Part shown: one piece after another, positions 7,932 through 18,580 of the stretch | Layout of the letters: each line of letters begins with the position of its first letter | How positions within the stretch are numbered: position 1 is the first letter of the stretch | Origin: Candidatus Hermodarchaeota archaeon | Lineage (GTDB): Archaea > Asgardarchaeota > Lokiarchaeia > Sigyniarchaeales > SOKP01 | Direction of reading: 5' to 3' | Assembly: GCA_048885535.1 (NCBI GenBank) | Contig: JBHLLO010000054.1 | Coordinates: forward strand, 1 to 20,979 | Length of the DNA: 20,979 nucleotides | Translations under genes and position numbers: made by a program | The notes under the pieces: generated by a model | What the model was told of the DNA's origin: nothing | Databases searched by the model: none | The model's input: the letters and a program-made list of their open reading frames with translations, nothing else

Positions 7932-8050
7932 GACTCCTGCTACCGCCCTGGATTTTTGTCTTTTGGTAGTGTGTGAAAACACACTCTGATTTCGCCCTCC
8001 TCCCCCTATTTTGTTTTTGACCTTACTTTTAGGTCTTGGTGGCAGGAGTC
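7932..8050. ncRNA. Putative structured non-coding RNA (unassigned family; strand uncertain)
   Basis: 56/119 GC (47%) within a very AT-rich intergenic region. 13-bp terminal stem 7932-7944/8038-8050. Hairpin 7968-7985 (7 bp, GAAA loop). Hairpin 8019-8035 (5 bp, 7-nt loop). No ORF covers it. Confidence 0.6.
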
Positions 8051-8106
8051 TCCCTTTTATATAAAAAGACTCTAAATTATAAATTAATAAAAAAGTAAAA
8101 AAAAAA

Positions 8107-8850
8107 TTAAGCTAATTTTAAAATTTTTTTCATCCACTTGGGTAATAAAAATCCAATATAATAAAAAGTACTCGCCAGTAGCATTAAAACTCTAAAAATA
8201 GTAAGAGTAAAAGGATTAAGTTCTAAGAATCCATCTCCAATAGCGCCAATTGCAAATAGGTTAAATGAAAATATCAGAAATCGCCCTTTCCATTTAATTA
8301 CCTTATCTTCACTTTTTATTGAGTGGATAGAAAACTCATTACCAGTAATTAACATTATTATCAGTGAAATAGCTAAAAAGATTAAAGCAAAACCCTTGTA
8401 TTCAATGTCAATGGCACTCTGTTTTATTCCTATAAGTGCCTCAATAGGAGCTCCAGGGGCAAAAAACAGAAAAAAGAAAACATATCCATAATAAATTAGA
8501 GAAAGTATTGCTGTGCCTATTAATAATGGATATTTTAGTTTGGGATGTAAAGCAGGGATATAGATCTGGAACCACGCAAATATAGCTATTGGGACACCTA
8601 ACGTCCCTAGCAGTACATAAACTGGATATGGGATAACCTGATTTGTTATCAGCCAATATATATAACCAAATCCACTAGGAAACCAAGGAGATATCGTAAA
8701 AATTATTGCAAAGAAAAAATAATAGAGATCTCTAGACCTTAATTGAAGAGCTTTAATAATAACTAATATTCCATAAAAGAAGACGACTGATAGACTGATT
8801 ACTCCGAAAATTCCGGAAAGTTGACTTAAAAAATCTAATTCTATAAACAT
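8107..8850 (-). CDS. Seven-transmembrane protein, unknown function
   Basis: Seven hydrophobic segments with basic loops after TM1, TM3, TM5 and TM7, implying N-out/C-in topology. Start is ATG 8850 (MFIELD) or 8862. Confidence 0.8.
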   Translation of the reverse strand: MFIELDFLSQLSGIFGVISLSVVFFYGILVIIKALQLRSRDLYYFFFAIIFTISPWFPSGFGYIYWLITNQVIPYPVYVLLGTLGVPIAIFAWFQIYIPALHPKLKYPLLIGTAILSLIYYGYVFFFLFFAPGAPIEALIGIKQSAIDIEYKGFALIFLAISLIIMLITGNEFSIHSIKSEDKVIKWKGRFLIFSFNLFAIGAIGDGFLELNPFTLTIFRVLMLLASTFYYIGFLLPKWMKKILKLA

Positions 8851-9008
8851 TAGGCATAACATAATTTAGAATTAGTTCAGTTATTAAAAAAACTATTTTT
8901 TTAAAAAGATTAAAATAATTGATATTATACAATAATAATACTATTCCAAGTATTATCTAGCATAAAAAATTTTTATAGAAAAGTTAACTAACCTTTTAAT
9001 TAAATAAT

Positions 9009-9021
9009 TTTTTATATAAAA
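9009..9021. promoter_or_regulatory. Palindromic TATA-like element between the divergent 7TM and tes genes
   Basis: TTTTTATATAAAA about 45 nt upstream of the tes ATG. Weak evidence given the AT-rich background. Confidence 0.35.
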
Positions 9022-9065
9022 AAATCGTAATTTTCTTTAACAATATAATTTAAGATTTGATTAAT

Positions 9066-10766
9066 ATGACAGAAGAAATAATAAGACGTACAACTAGTAT
9101 ATGCCCAGAATGCTTGCAACCGATAGCAGCTGAAATATATGTCGATGAAGATAAAAATTGGGTAATGATGAGAAAGAACTGTAAAGATCATGGAGATTTT
9201 AAAGACAAACTTAGTATAGACCCAGAAGATTACAAGTGGCAGCAAACATTTACGGACGATATCGGCTCTACAGGAAACCATACTACCAAACCTGAATATG
9301 TTTCTTCGGGAATAAAAGATTGTAATCAAGGTTGTCCTTACGATTGTGGACTTTGCGAGAACCATAAAAGTGCTCCAAATATTTGTCTTATTGATATAAC
9401 AAATAGGTGCAATTTAGCGTGCCCAATCTGCTTCGCTAATGCGAGCGCAAAAGGATATGTTGTCCAACCAACATACGATGAAATCGTCCAAATAATGGAA
9501 CACTTTCGTTCTATGAAACCCACTCCAGCCGTTTTACTCCAGATATCTGGGGGCGAACCAACAGTTAGAGATGACCTTCCCGATATCATTCGAAAAGGAA
9601 AAGAGTTAGGCTTTATTGAAGTCATGGTTACATCTAATGGAGTGAGATTCGCTAAATCAATCGAATATATGAAAAAATGCAAAGATGCTGGAATGGATGC
9701 TATTTATTTGCAATTCGACGCAACCGATAATGCAGAAGTATGGAAGAAAATAAGAGGCGTAAACCTATGGCCTCTAAAACAAAGAGTTATTGAAAATGCA
9801 CGTAAACTTGGATTTTATGGTGTAATGTTAGTTCCTGTAATAGCTAAGGGAGTAAATGATAAAGAAGTCGGTAAAATTATGGATTACGCCAGAGACAATA
9901 ATGATGTCATTTCAGGGATAATATATCAACCTGTATCGCTATGTGGTCGTATAAGTTTTGAAGATTTAATGGATCTACGATATACAACCTCAGACTTGAA
10001 AATAGCGTTGAATGAACATACAAATAATGCAATCACTAAATTTTATCCTTTAGCCACTACAGCCAAAATGACCCGACTGTTAGCATGGTTTGATGATTTG
10101 CCTGAGTGGAGTCCAACTAGTCATTCAGATTGCGGGTTTGCCACTATAGTCGTCGTAAATAATAAAGGTGAATATGAACCCATTGAAAATTATTTTGACG
10201 CAGAAGGTCTCATTAACTGGTCAAATAAAGTCTATGACATGGCTATGAAACAAGAAATTCCCAAACCTACTGGAATCATTAAGGGTTTCAATTTAGAACA
10301 GTTAGGTAGTATTGCGACTAAAGTAGGACAGTTTATCGATGATATAACCAGTTTAGGATATCGCCAGCTAATGAAGGCTTATTATTTTGGTGGAGCGATG
10401 AGATATGTGCGTAATCCTGCAAAAATAATGGATAGCAAAACGTTACTGGCATTTTCTCGCCTAATAGCATTCCCTAACCTACAATCTGCTGGCATGTTCT
10501 TCCACGAGAAAAATTTACTGGTTTCGAGCATGCATTTCCAGGACTCCTACAATTTCGATTTGGACAGAGTATGCCGTTGTTTAGTTCATTATGGAGTAAT
10601 AGACCCCAACGATTCGACTAAGGTCTTAGAAGTACCATTCTGTGCTATGAATACATTGCACAGGGAACGTCTAGAAAATGCTCTGGCTATACAAGGTGAA
10701 GAAGCAAAGAAACCAGAAGTTATCCAGTCTGAGATCGAAGAACTTTTAGAAACCGTTAAGGATTAA
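9066..10766 (+). CDS. tes: Tetraether lipid synthase (Tes / GDGT-MAS, MJ0619 family radical SAM)
   Basis: N-terminal TxSICPEC...KNCKDHG metal site, GCPYDCGLCENH cluster motif, radical SAM TNRCNLACPICFA, QISGGEPT, IYLQFD, HSDCG, SMHFQDSYNFDLDRVCRCLVHY and VPFCAMN. This is the full MJ0619-family layout. Likely start is ATG 9066. Confidence 0.88.
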   Translation: MTEEIIRRTTSICPECLQPIAAEIYVDEDKNWVMMRKNCKDHGDFKDKLSIDPEDYKWQQTFTDDIGSTGNHTTKPEYVSSGIKDCNQGCPYDCGLCENHKSAPNICLIDITNRCNLACPICFANASAKGYVVQPTYDEIVQIMEHFRSMKPTPAVLLQISGGEPTVRDDLPDIIRKGKELGFIEVMVTSNGVRFAKSIEYMKKCKDAGMDAIYLQFDATDNAEVWKKIRGVNLWPLKQRVIENARKLGFYGVMLVPVIAKGVNDKEVGKIMDYARDNNDVISGIIYQPVSLCGRISFEDLMDLRYTTSDLKIALNEHTNNAITKFYPLATTAKMTRLLAWFDDLPEWSPTSHSDCGFATIVVVNNKGEYEPIENYFDAEGLINWSNKVYDMAMKQEIPKPTGIIKGFNLEQLGSIATKVGQFIDDITSLGYRQLMKAYYFGGAMRYVRNPAKIMDSKTLLAFSRLIAFPNLQSAGMFFHEKNLLVSSMHFQDSYNFDLDRVCRCLVHYGVIDPNDSTKVLEVPFCAMNTLHRERLENALAIQGEEAKKPEVIQSEIEELLETVKD

Positions 10767-10876
10767 TCTTTCTCAAACATTTTGTTTTTAATTTTTTATA
10801 CTTATCTGACTTTTTTAATAGTTTTTTTAAATTTAAAAAGAAAAAAAGATTAAAGTTATTTTTATGTATCTTTTGT

Positions 10877-11434
10877 TCATTGAATGCTAGAGCCACAATT
10901 CTCGCAGTAACTAGCTCCTTCTCGGATTTTATGACCACAATAAACGCAGAAATTCTTACCTGTTGCTGGTAAAGGTTCTTGAAGTTTTTTTGGTGGAGCT
11001 ACGTAATTTTCGGCGGGAGAATATTGAATTGTTTCTCCTAGAATGATTTCTCCAGTTTGAGGGTTAAATTTATATTGTATTAATCCATTTGCTCTCAAAT
11101 CTACGAGAACTCTTAATACATCATTAGGTTTGATACCTACTTCAAGTGCGAGATCTTCAAGCTTAACTGTACTTTGACCGCGGTCTAAGAGTGCATTTCT
11201 TACAGCCTTCTTAAATTTCATATTTGTATAGAGCTGTTGAAACCCACCAAAAAATAAAATAAAGAACGCAGGAATAAACATCCAATATCCCCATCCCGAG
11301 AGTCCTAGAAAATCATTTTGAAGCGTTAAAAGAACTAACGACACGATAGCCACAGTTAAGAAAGCACCTCCGCAGAAAAATGAACCATAAGTACTTTCAT
11401 ACTTTTCCTTAGTATAATACCTATCATGAGGCAA
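10877..11434 (-). CDS. Membrane protein: 2 TM + PCI-like winged helix + C-terminal zinc ribbon
   Basis: TTG start with a GGTGA SD 6 nt upstream. Two TM helices, a wHTH (VKLEDLALEVGIKPNDVLRVLVDLRANGLIQYKFNPQTGEI), and a zinc ribbon FCVYCGHKI...YCENCG. Confidence 0.85.
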   Translation of the reverse strand: MPHDRYYTKEKYESTYGSFFCGGAFLTVAIVSLVLLTLQNDFLGLSGWGYWMFIPAFFILFFGGFQQLYTNMKFKKAVRNALLDRGQSTVKLEDLALEVGIKPNDVLRVLVDLRANGLIQYKFNPQTGEIILGETIQYSPAENYVAPPKKLQEPLPATGKNFCVYCGHKIREGASYCENCGSSIQ

Positions 11435-11679
11435 ATTTATTCACCAAATTGATAAAATTGTTAATAATCTTCGAGTATTAAATTAATGTTAATTTATTAG
11501 AAGCTGGATTATATTAAAAAGATTGTTAGTCCAGTTTTTGAATCAAATTTCGTAAAAACAAAACTTAAAAGTATTGAATTTTCTAAAATTATAAGTGTGT
11601 TTATTTTAGGATCGGAAAATTAAACCTTAAGAAATTAATAAATAAATCTACAAATTACTGCTAGACCCTACAAAGATTT

Positions 11680-12261
11680 ATGCCAAACAATTCTGGACTA
11701 ATTGGAGAGTATAGAGGTACAGTTCGAAATAGAGTGGTTACAGCTCTTTTACAATCATATCTTGATAACCTTGATTATGATGGAATGAAGTCTATTTTAA
11801 GAGAAGCAGGATTATTAGAATTAAAAGATATACAAGATGCGAACCCTGATGAAAGTATTGATTTTTTTTCTTTTAAAAAGTTAATTACTGCTCAGAATTG
11901 CCTATTATATGATTCTACAAAACTACTATTCGAAATAGGACGTAAGTTATGCTTTTACTTGTTTCCCTACGGTAAGGATTTTGAAGGGATCATTAAAGAT
12001 ATTAACAATTATATTCAAACTGATTGGAAAGTCGAGATTTTAGAAAATAATAAAGAATCAATCGTTGTTAAAGTCGATAAATGTATATTTTGTTCTGAAA
12101 TTGGAGTTAAATGCGATTTATTTAAAGGTTTTATTGTTCATTCTGTTGAAAAAACACTATCATCGAATCATGAAGTAGTTTATTATGGAGAAAGAGAGAA
12201 TATAGACGATCCTCGTCATAATTCATTCATTCTAAAATTGAAAATTAAAAAAAAGCATTAG
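11680..12261 (+). CDS. V4R (4-vinyl reductase)-domain protein, V4R/Bet3/H-NOX superfamily
   Basis: ILREAGL...LLFEIGRK...IVVKVDKCIFC......CDLFKGFI matches the V4R C-x2-C...C-x3-G pattern. Confidence 0.75.
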   Translation: MPNNSGLIGEYRGTVRNRVVTALLQSYLDNLDYDGMKSILREAGLLELKDIQDANPDESIDFFSFKKLITAQNCLLYDSTKLLFEIGRKLCFYLFPYGKDFEGIIKDINNYIQTDWKVEILENNKESIVVKVDKCIFCSEIGVKCDLFKGFIVHSVEKTLSSNHEVVYYGERENIDDPRHNSFILKLKIKKKH

Positions 12262-12341
12262 AACAAAAAAGGAAAACAATTAAATATATCAAAAATCAAA
12301 ATTATGTTACATCCTTAATTATCCAATATTTTTGGTTATTA

Positions 12342-12890
12342 ATGACTACCGAAGAAAGAGAGTTTGTATTTAAAATTACGATTTTAGGAGATGCAGCAGT
12401 AGGTAAAACATCATTAATAAATCAATTCGTTGAAGGAGCTTTTCAAGAGGATTATAAGCCAACATTAGGAGCAAATATTGTTCGCAAGGATGTAGATCTT
12501 AGCGAAATAAATGCACAAGTGCGATTAATCATGTGGGATCTTGCGGGTCAAGAAAAATATAACGTAATTCGTTCTATGTATTTTCAAGGAGTCAGTGGTT
12601 GTATAATTGTTTTTGATTTGACACGTATGGTTACATTCGAGTCGATAGAGACTAAATGGCTAAAGGATTTTAGAAAATATGCTAAAAGAGATGCAGCGTA
12701 TATACTTATAGGCAATAAGGTTGATTTAAATGATGAAAGAGCCGTTCCTGAAGAAAGAGGAAAAGAATTAGCTCAAAAAATACAAGCTAGCGATTTTATT
12801 GAAACAAGTGCTAAATATGGAGATAATGTTGAAAAAGCTTTTAAAAACTTAGTCTTTCAAATTTTAAGAAATTATGGAGAGAAGGTGTGA
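12342..12890 (+). CDS. Rab-like small GTPase (Ras superfamily)
   Basis: G1 GDAAVGKTS, G2 YKPTLG, G3 WDLAGQE, G4 NKVD, G5 ETSAK. RabF-like segments LGANI, YFQGV, IVFDLT. No C-terminal Cys prenylation motif. Confidence 0.95.
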   Translation: MTTEEREFVFKITILGDAAVGKTSLINQFVEGAFQEDYKPTLGANIVRKDVDLSEINAQVRLIMWDLAGQEKYNVIRSMYFQGVSGCIIVFDLTRMVTFESIETKWLKDFRKYAKRDAAYILIGNKVDLNDERAVPEERGKELAQKIQASDFIETSAKYGDNVEKAFKNLVFQILRNYGEKV

Positions 12891-12978
12891 ATCTTCTTAT
12901 TTTTTAGATCAAATTCTCCTATAATTTAAAAACATTTAAAACCAAATGTTTTAAATAGAACTGAAGGGTTAGTAAATT

Positions 12979-14130
12979 ATGAAAGAATTATCCAGTAATG
13001 TGGCTAGAACCCCTAAGTCTCAAATTCGAGAATTAATGGATTTAGCTGCAGGGCATCCAAATATAATAAGTTTAGGAATAGGGCAACCAGACTTTTGTAC
13101 TCCGGATCCTGCAATTAAAGGCACTATTAAAGCTTTAAAAGAAAAAATTACATATTATGCACCCACCAAAGGGGTTCCAGAATTATTAGAATTAATAGAA
13201 CACAAAGCTAAGACGTCTAACAATATCAATTGTGATTGGACTGAAAATATTATTATTACAAATGGGGGTTCACAAGCTTTAACTCTTGCATTTGCGTCAA
13301 TTTTTAATCCTGGTGATGAGTTAATTGTTCTTTCACCAAATTTCATATCTTATTTCTATTTGGGGAACTTTTTTGGAGTTAGAGTTATAGAAATTGAAAG
13401 AAATAGTGATTTTAGTCCTAATTTTGAAAACATGAAAGCATCAATTACTTCAAAAACAAAAGCAATTCTAATTAATTCCCCTAATAATCCAACTGGATAT
13501 GTATTGACACCTAAAGAAATAAATGAATTCGCTGAAATTATTAGAAAAAATGATTTATATTTAATAACTGATGAAGTTTATGAGAACTACCTATATGATG
13601 GGTCTAAGCACATCAGTTTTGCTTCTTTAGATGGTATGTTTGAGCGAACAATTACTACCAATGCGATGTCGAAACTATTTTCAGCCACAGGTTTTAGACT
13701 TGGATATGCTATAACAAGCAAAAAAATTATAGATCAGATGGAGAAAGTTCATCAATACACTGTTGCTGGGGCGAATCATGCTGCTCAATATGGATTTATT
13801 GAAGCTTTGAAAATGGGTAAAAAATTTTTTAATGATATTCTAAAAAGTTTTGATCAGAGGAGACTGCTTGTATACAATAAACTAAAAGAACTTGGATTTG
13901 AAGTGGTAAAACCAAAAGGTGCATTTTATATTATGCCCTCAGTAAAAAACTTTAATATGTCTGGATCTGAATTCTCAAAAGAGATCATGAAAAACCAAGC
14001 AGTGGCAGTAGTACCAGGAGATACTTTTGGATCCTTCTCAAATGATAAAATTAGAATATCATATGCTACAGAGATAAATAAATTAAAAGAAGCTATGAAT
14101 CGGATTGATAAGTTTGTAAGAACTTTATAA
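12979..14130 (+). CDS. PLP-dependent aminotransferase class I/II (aspartate aminotransferase-like)
   Basis: SLGIGQPDF, NSPNNPTG, TDEVY, SKLFSATGFRLGY (PLP lysine), PKGAFY, IRISYA. Confidence 0.95.
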   Translation: MKELSSNVARTPKSQIRELMDLAAGHPNIISLGIGQPDFCTPDPAIKGTIKALKEKITYYAPTKGVPELLELIEHKAKTSNNINCDWTENIIITNGGSQALTLAFASIFNPGDELIVLSPNFISYFYLGNFFGVRVIEIERNSDFSPNFENMKASITSKTKAILINSPNNPTGYVLTPKEINEFAEIIRKNDLYLITDEVYENYLYDGSKHISFASLDGMFERTITTNAMSKLFSATGFRLGYAITSKKIIDQMEKVHQYTVAGANHAAQYGFIEALKMGKKFFNDILKSFDQRRLLVYNKLKELGFEVVKPKGAFYIMPSVKNFNMSGSEFSKEIMKNQAVAVVPGDTFGSFSNDKIRISYATEINKLKEAMNRIDKFVRTL

Positions 14131-14142
14131 AAACTTAAAAAA

Positions 14143-15276
14143 TTAAGTATATGTTTGTATTATTGCTTCTGTAAGACTTTTTGTCGATTTAAAAACAGAT
14201 TTAAGTTCAATATATTCATTTACAATATGAACAATTGAGGGATCACCAGGTCCAAAAATAATGAAAGGAATTGGATTACTTTGATTTAGCAAGTTTGCAC
14301 CATCAGTAGCATAAGGCAAACCAATTAATTTAGTTCCACAGATATTCTTTAAATTGTATAAAAAAGGATGATTCACATTACTTTGAAAGGCAGGTAATTT
14401 CTTGAGTATTTCAAAACTGAAACTACAAGGATCTATCCTTAATTTATTCAACTTTTCGATTAATTTATCTGGATTTTGTTCAGGAGTCAATCTAAAATCA
14501 AGTTCTAATTCTGTCTTTTCTGGTACAACATTGATCAGTGATCCTCCACTTATTTTGCCAATATTTAGTGTGGATGATCCTAGGATTTCATTTACTTCTT
14601 TATCCAGAGAATTATAGAGATTTGGGATGATATTTGTAGCTCCTAGAATGGAACTGATACCTTTTTCAGGCATGGCACCATGAGCAGCTTTTCCAAAGAC
14701 TTTTAATTTAAGCCATAATAATCCTTTTTCTGCGATACCAATATTCATGTTGGTTGGTTCAGCGATAACTAATAGTTCAGCATTATCCATCAATCCTTGT
14801 TTAGATAGTGTGATAGAGCCTGTCATTCCCAACTCTTCATCAGCTGTACCAGCAAAAATGATAGAGTATTTCTTTAAAAGATTAGCGTTTTGGCTTATAT
14901 TTTTCATGACTCCTATTAGCATCGTTAAACCACCTTTCATATCAACAGAACCTCGACCATATAATTTATTATCTTTTATTTCTGCTGAAAATGGTGGATA
15001 ATACCAGCTGGATGGGTCTCCTGCAGGAACAACATCAAAATGACCCGTTAAAATAATCTTTTTTTCACCGGATCCCACCTTAGTCACTAGGTTATGAAGT
15101 GTAAGGTTATTTTTTTTATAAGTAATTACTCTATTCTCGAATCCGTATTCTTCTCGAAGTACTTCTGAAACTAAATAATCCACTATTTCTTTTGTTAAAC
15201 CTGGCGGATTTTCTGATGGAATTTGAACTAACTTTCTTAATATTTCGGTGAGTTCTTTGTTTGAATTTAAAATCAT
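14143..15276 (-). CDS. M20 family metallopeptidase (ArgE/DapE-like)
   Basis: GHFDVVP, LYGRGSVDMKGG, DEELG, IAEPT, GKAAHG, GPGD and H..NEY motifs. Confidence 0.93.
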   Translation of the reverse strand: MILNSNKELTEILRKLVQIPSENPPGLTKEIVDYLVSEVLREEYGFENRVITYKKNNLTLHNLVTKVGSGEKKIILTGHFDVVPAGDPSSWYYPPFSAEIKDNKLYGRGSVDMKGGLTMLIGVMKNISQNANLLKKYSIIFAGTADEELGMTGSITLSKQGLMDNAELLVIAEPTNMNIGIAEKGLLWLKLKVFGKAAHGAMPEKGISSILGATNIIPNLYNSLDKEVNEILGSSTLNIGKISGGSLINVVPEKTELELDFRLTPEQNPDKLIEKLNKLRIDPCSFSFEILKKLPAFQSNVNHPFLYNLKNICGTKLIGLPYATDGANLLNQSNPIPFIIFGPGDPSIVHIVNEYIELKSVFKSTKSLTEAIIQTYT

Positions 15277-15398
15277 CTTTATTAAAAAGTGTTTAAATTA
15301 ATTTTAAGAAAATTATACATAATCTACTTCAAATTTAGTTTTTGTTAATAATAGAAAATATTTAAGAAATCAATAAAAAAGATTTAGAAATCGAAGAC

Positions 15399-17729
<2,331 letters not shown>

Positions 17730-17770
17730 TTATTTTCTTTTTTATTATTAATTCTTATTTCATAAAGAAA

Positions 17771-18580
17771 TCAAGAAAGTTCAGATTTTAAACCTTTCTT
17801 TATAAATTTAAATAATTCTTCTGAAATTTGCATATCTGTGAATAACCTATCCTTATTTATTTTTATGAACTCTTTACGCATCTTAGAGATTTTTTTCATG
17901 AATGGACGAAATTCATCATATCTACTAATTTCTGTTATTAAATTTCTTGTAATTTTATCTACTTTTTCATGATATCGTTCCTGTTCTGATTTTTTTCTTT
18001 TAGAGTGCTTACCAAAAGCTTTTTTTTCTAAGTTCCCTTCAATAAGATTTATTAAATTATTGACTTCCTTTTCGAGATTTTCTGTTTTGGATGGATCTAT
18101 TGTCATCAGTGGCTTATCCCAATTGTATTGATTAAATAGATCAAATTTTTCATATATATTTTGAACCACTTCCTGTGGAATCGGAAGCCCTCTATTTTTA
18201 TTCCACTCAATGCATTTTTCTAACGGAGTAGCAATATGCACGATAAAAAACCTTTTCTCATACTTTTCAGCAATTTCTTTTAAATCATGACGCATGCTAG
18301 TATAATAATTTAAATCATCACTAATTACAATTGAACCATTCCTTAATCCATTTTTAACTTTTTTTAAGCTTTTTTTTCTAATTAATCCTTCTTTTTTATA
18401 ATCAAACTTGTTAGGAGTTAACGAATTTCTTATTTTGTCTGGATCTACTATTTCTATCCGGAATTTATCATTCCTTTTTTCCATTTGTTGTTGTAAAATA
18501 GCAGCAATTGTACTCTTACCTGATGAAGGTAAACCAACTAATATAATTAAAAAATTTCTATGAATCAATTTTATTTTCAA
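17771..18580 (-). CDS. pstK: L-seryl-tRNA(Sec) kinase (PSTK)
   Basis: LIILVGLPSSGKST, D.IR, VISDDLNYYTSMRHDL, IP.EVV..IYEKFD...YNWDKP and a C-terminal 'vDKiTR.lI.E...RKEFiK' tRNA-binding domain closely follow archaeal PSTK (KTI12/PSTK family). Exact start uncertain (TTG 18580 or 18568). Confidence 0.88.
   Translation of the reverse strand: MKIKLIHRNFLIILVGLPSSGKSTIAAILQQQMEKRNDKFRIEIVDPDKIRNSLTPNKFDYKKEGLIRKKSLKKVKNGLRNGSIVISDDLNYYTSMRHDLKEIAEKYEKRFFIVHIATPLEKCIEWNKNRGLPIPQEVVQNIYEKFDLFNQYNWDKPLMTIDPSKTENLEKEVNNLINLIEGNLEKKAFGKHSKRKKSEQERYHEKVDKITRNLITEISRYDEFRPFMKKISKMRKEFIKINKDRLFTDMQISEELFKFIKKGLKSELS

Noticed and set aside
7932-8050. tRNA-Sec, other tRNA, 5S rRNA, SECIS or C/D sRNA identity for the structured element
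   Set aside because: No cloverleaf, T-loop or UCA anticodon. No 5S conserved loops. No AUGA/GA SECIS core, and the upstream gene has no in-frame UGA. A CUGA is present at 7986-7989 but there is no C box.
8107-8850. Rhodopsin (schizorhodopsin/heliorhodopsin) call for the 7TM protein
   Set aside because: No retinal-binding lysine motif in TM7 and no RYxxW-type TM3 motif.
12888-12910. Selenocysteine readthrough at TGA stops (e.g. the Rab-like GTPase), considered because pstK is present
   Set aside because: The proteins are complete at their TGA. Readthrough of the GTPase adds only a few residues before another stop, and no SECIS-like hairpin is evident downstream.
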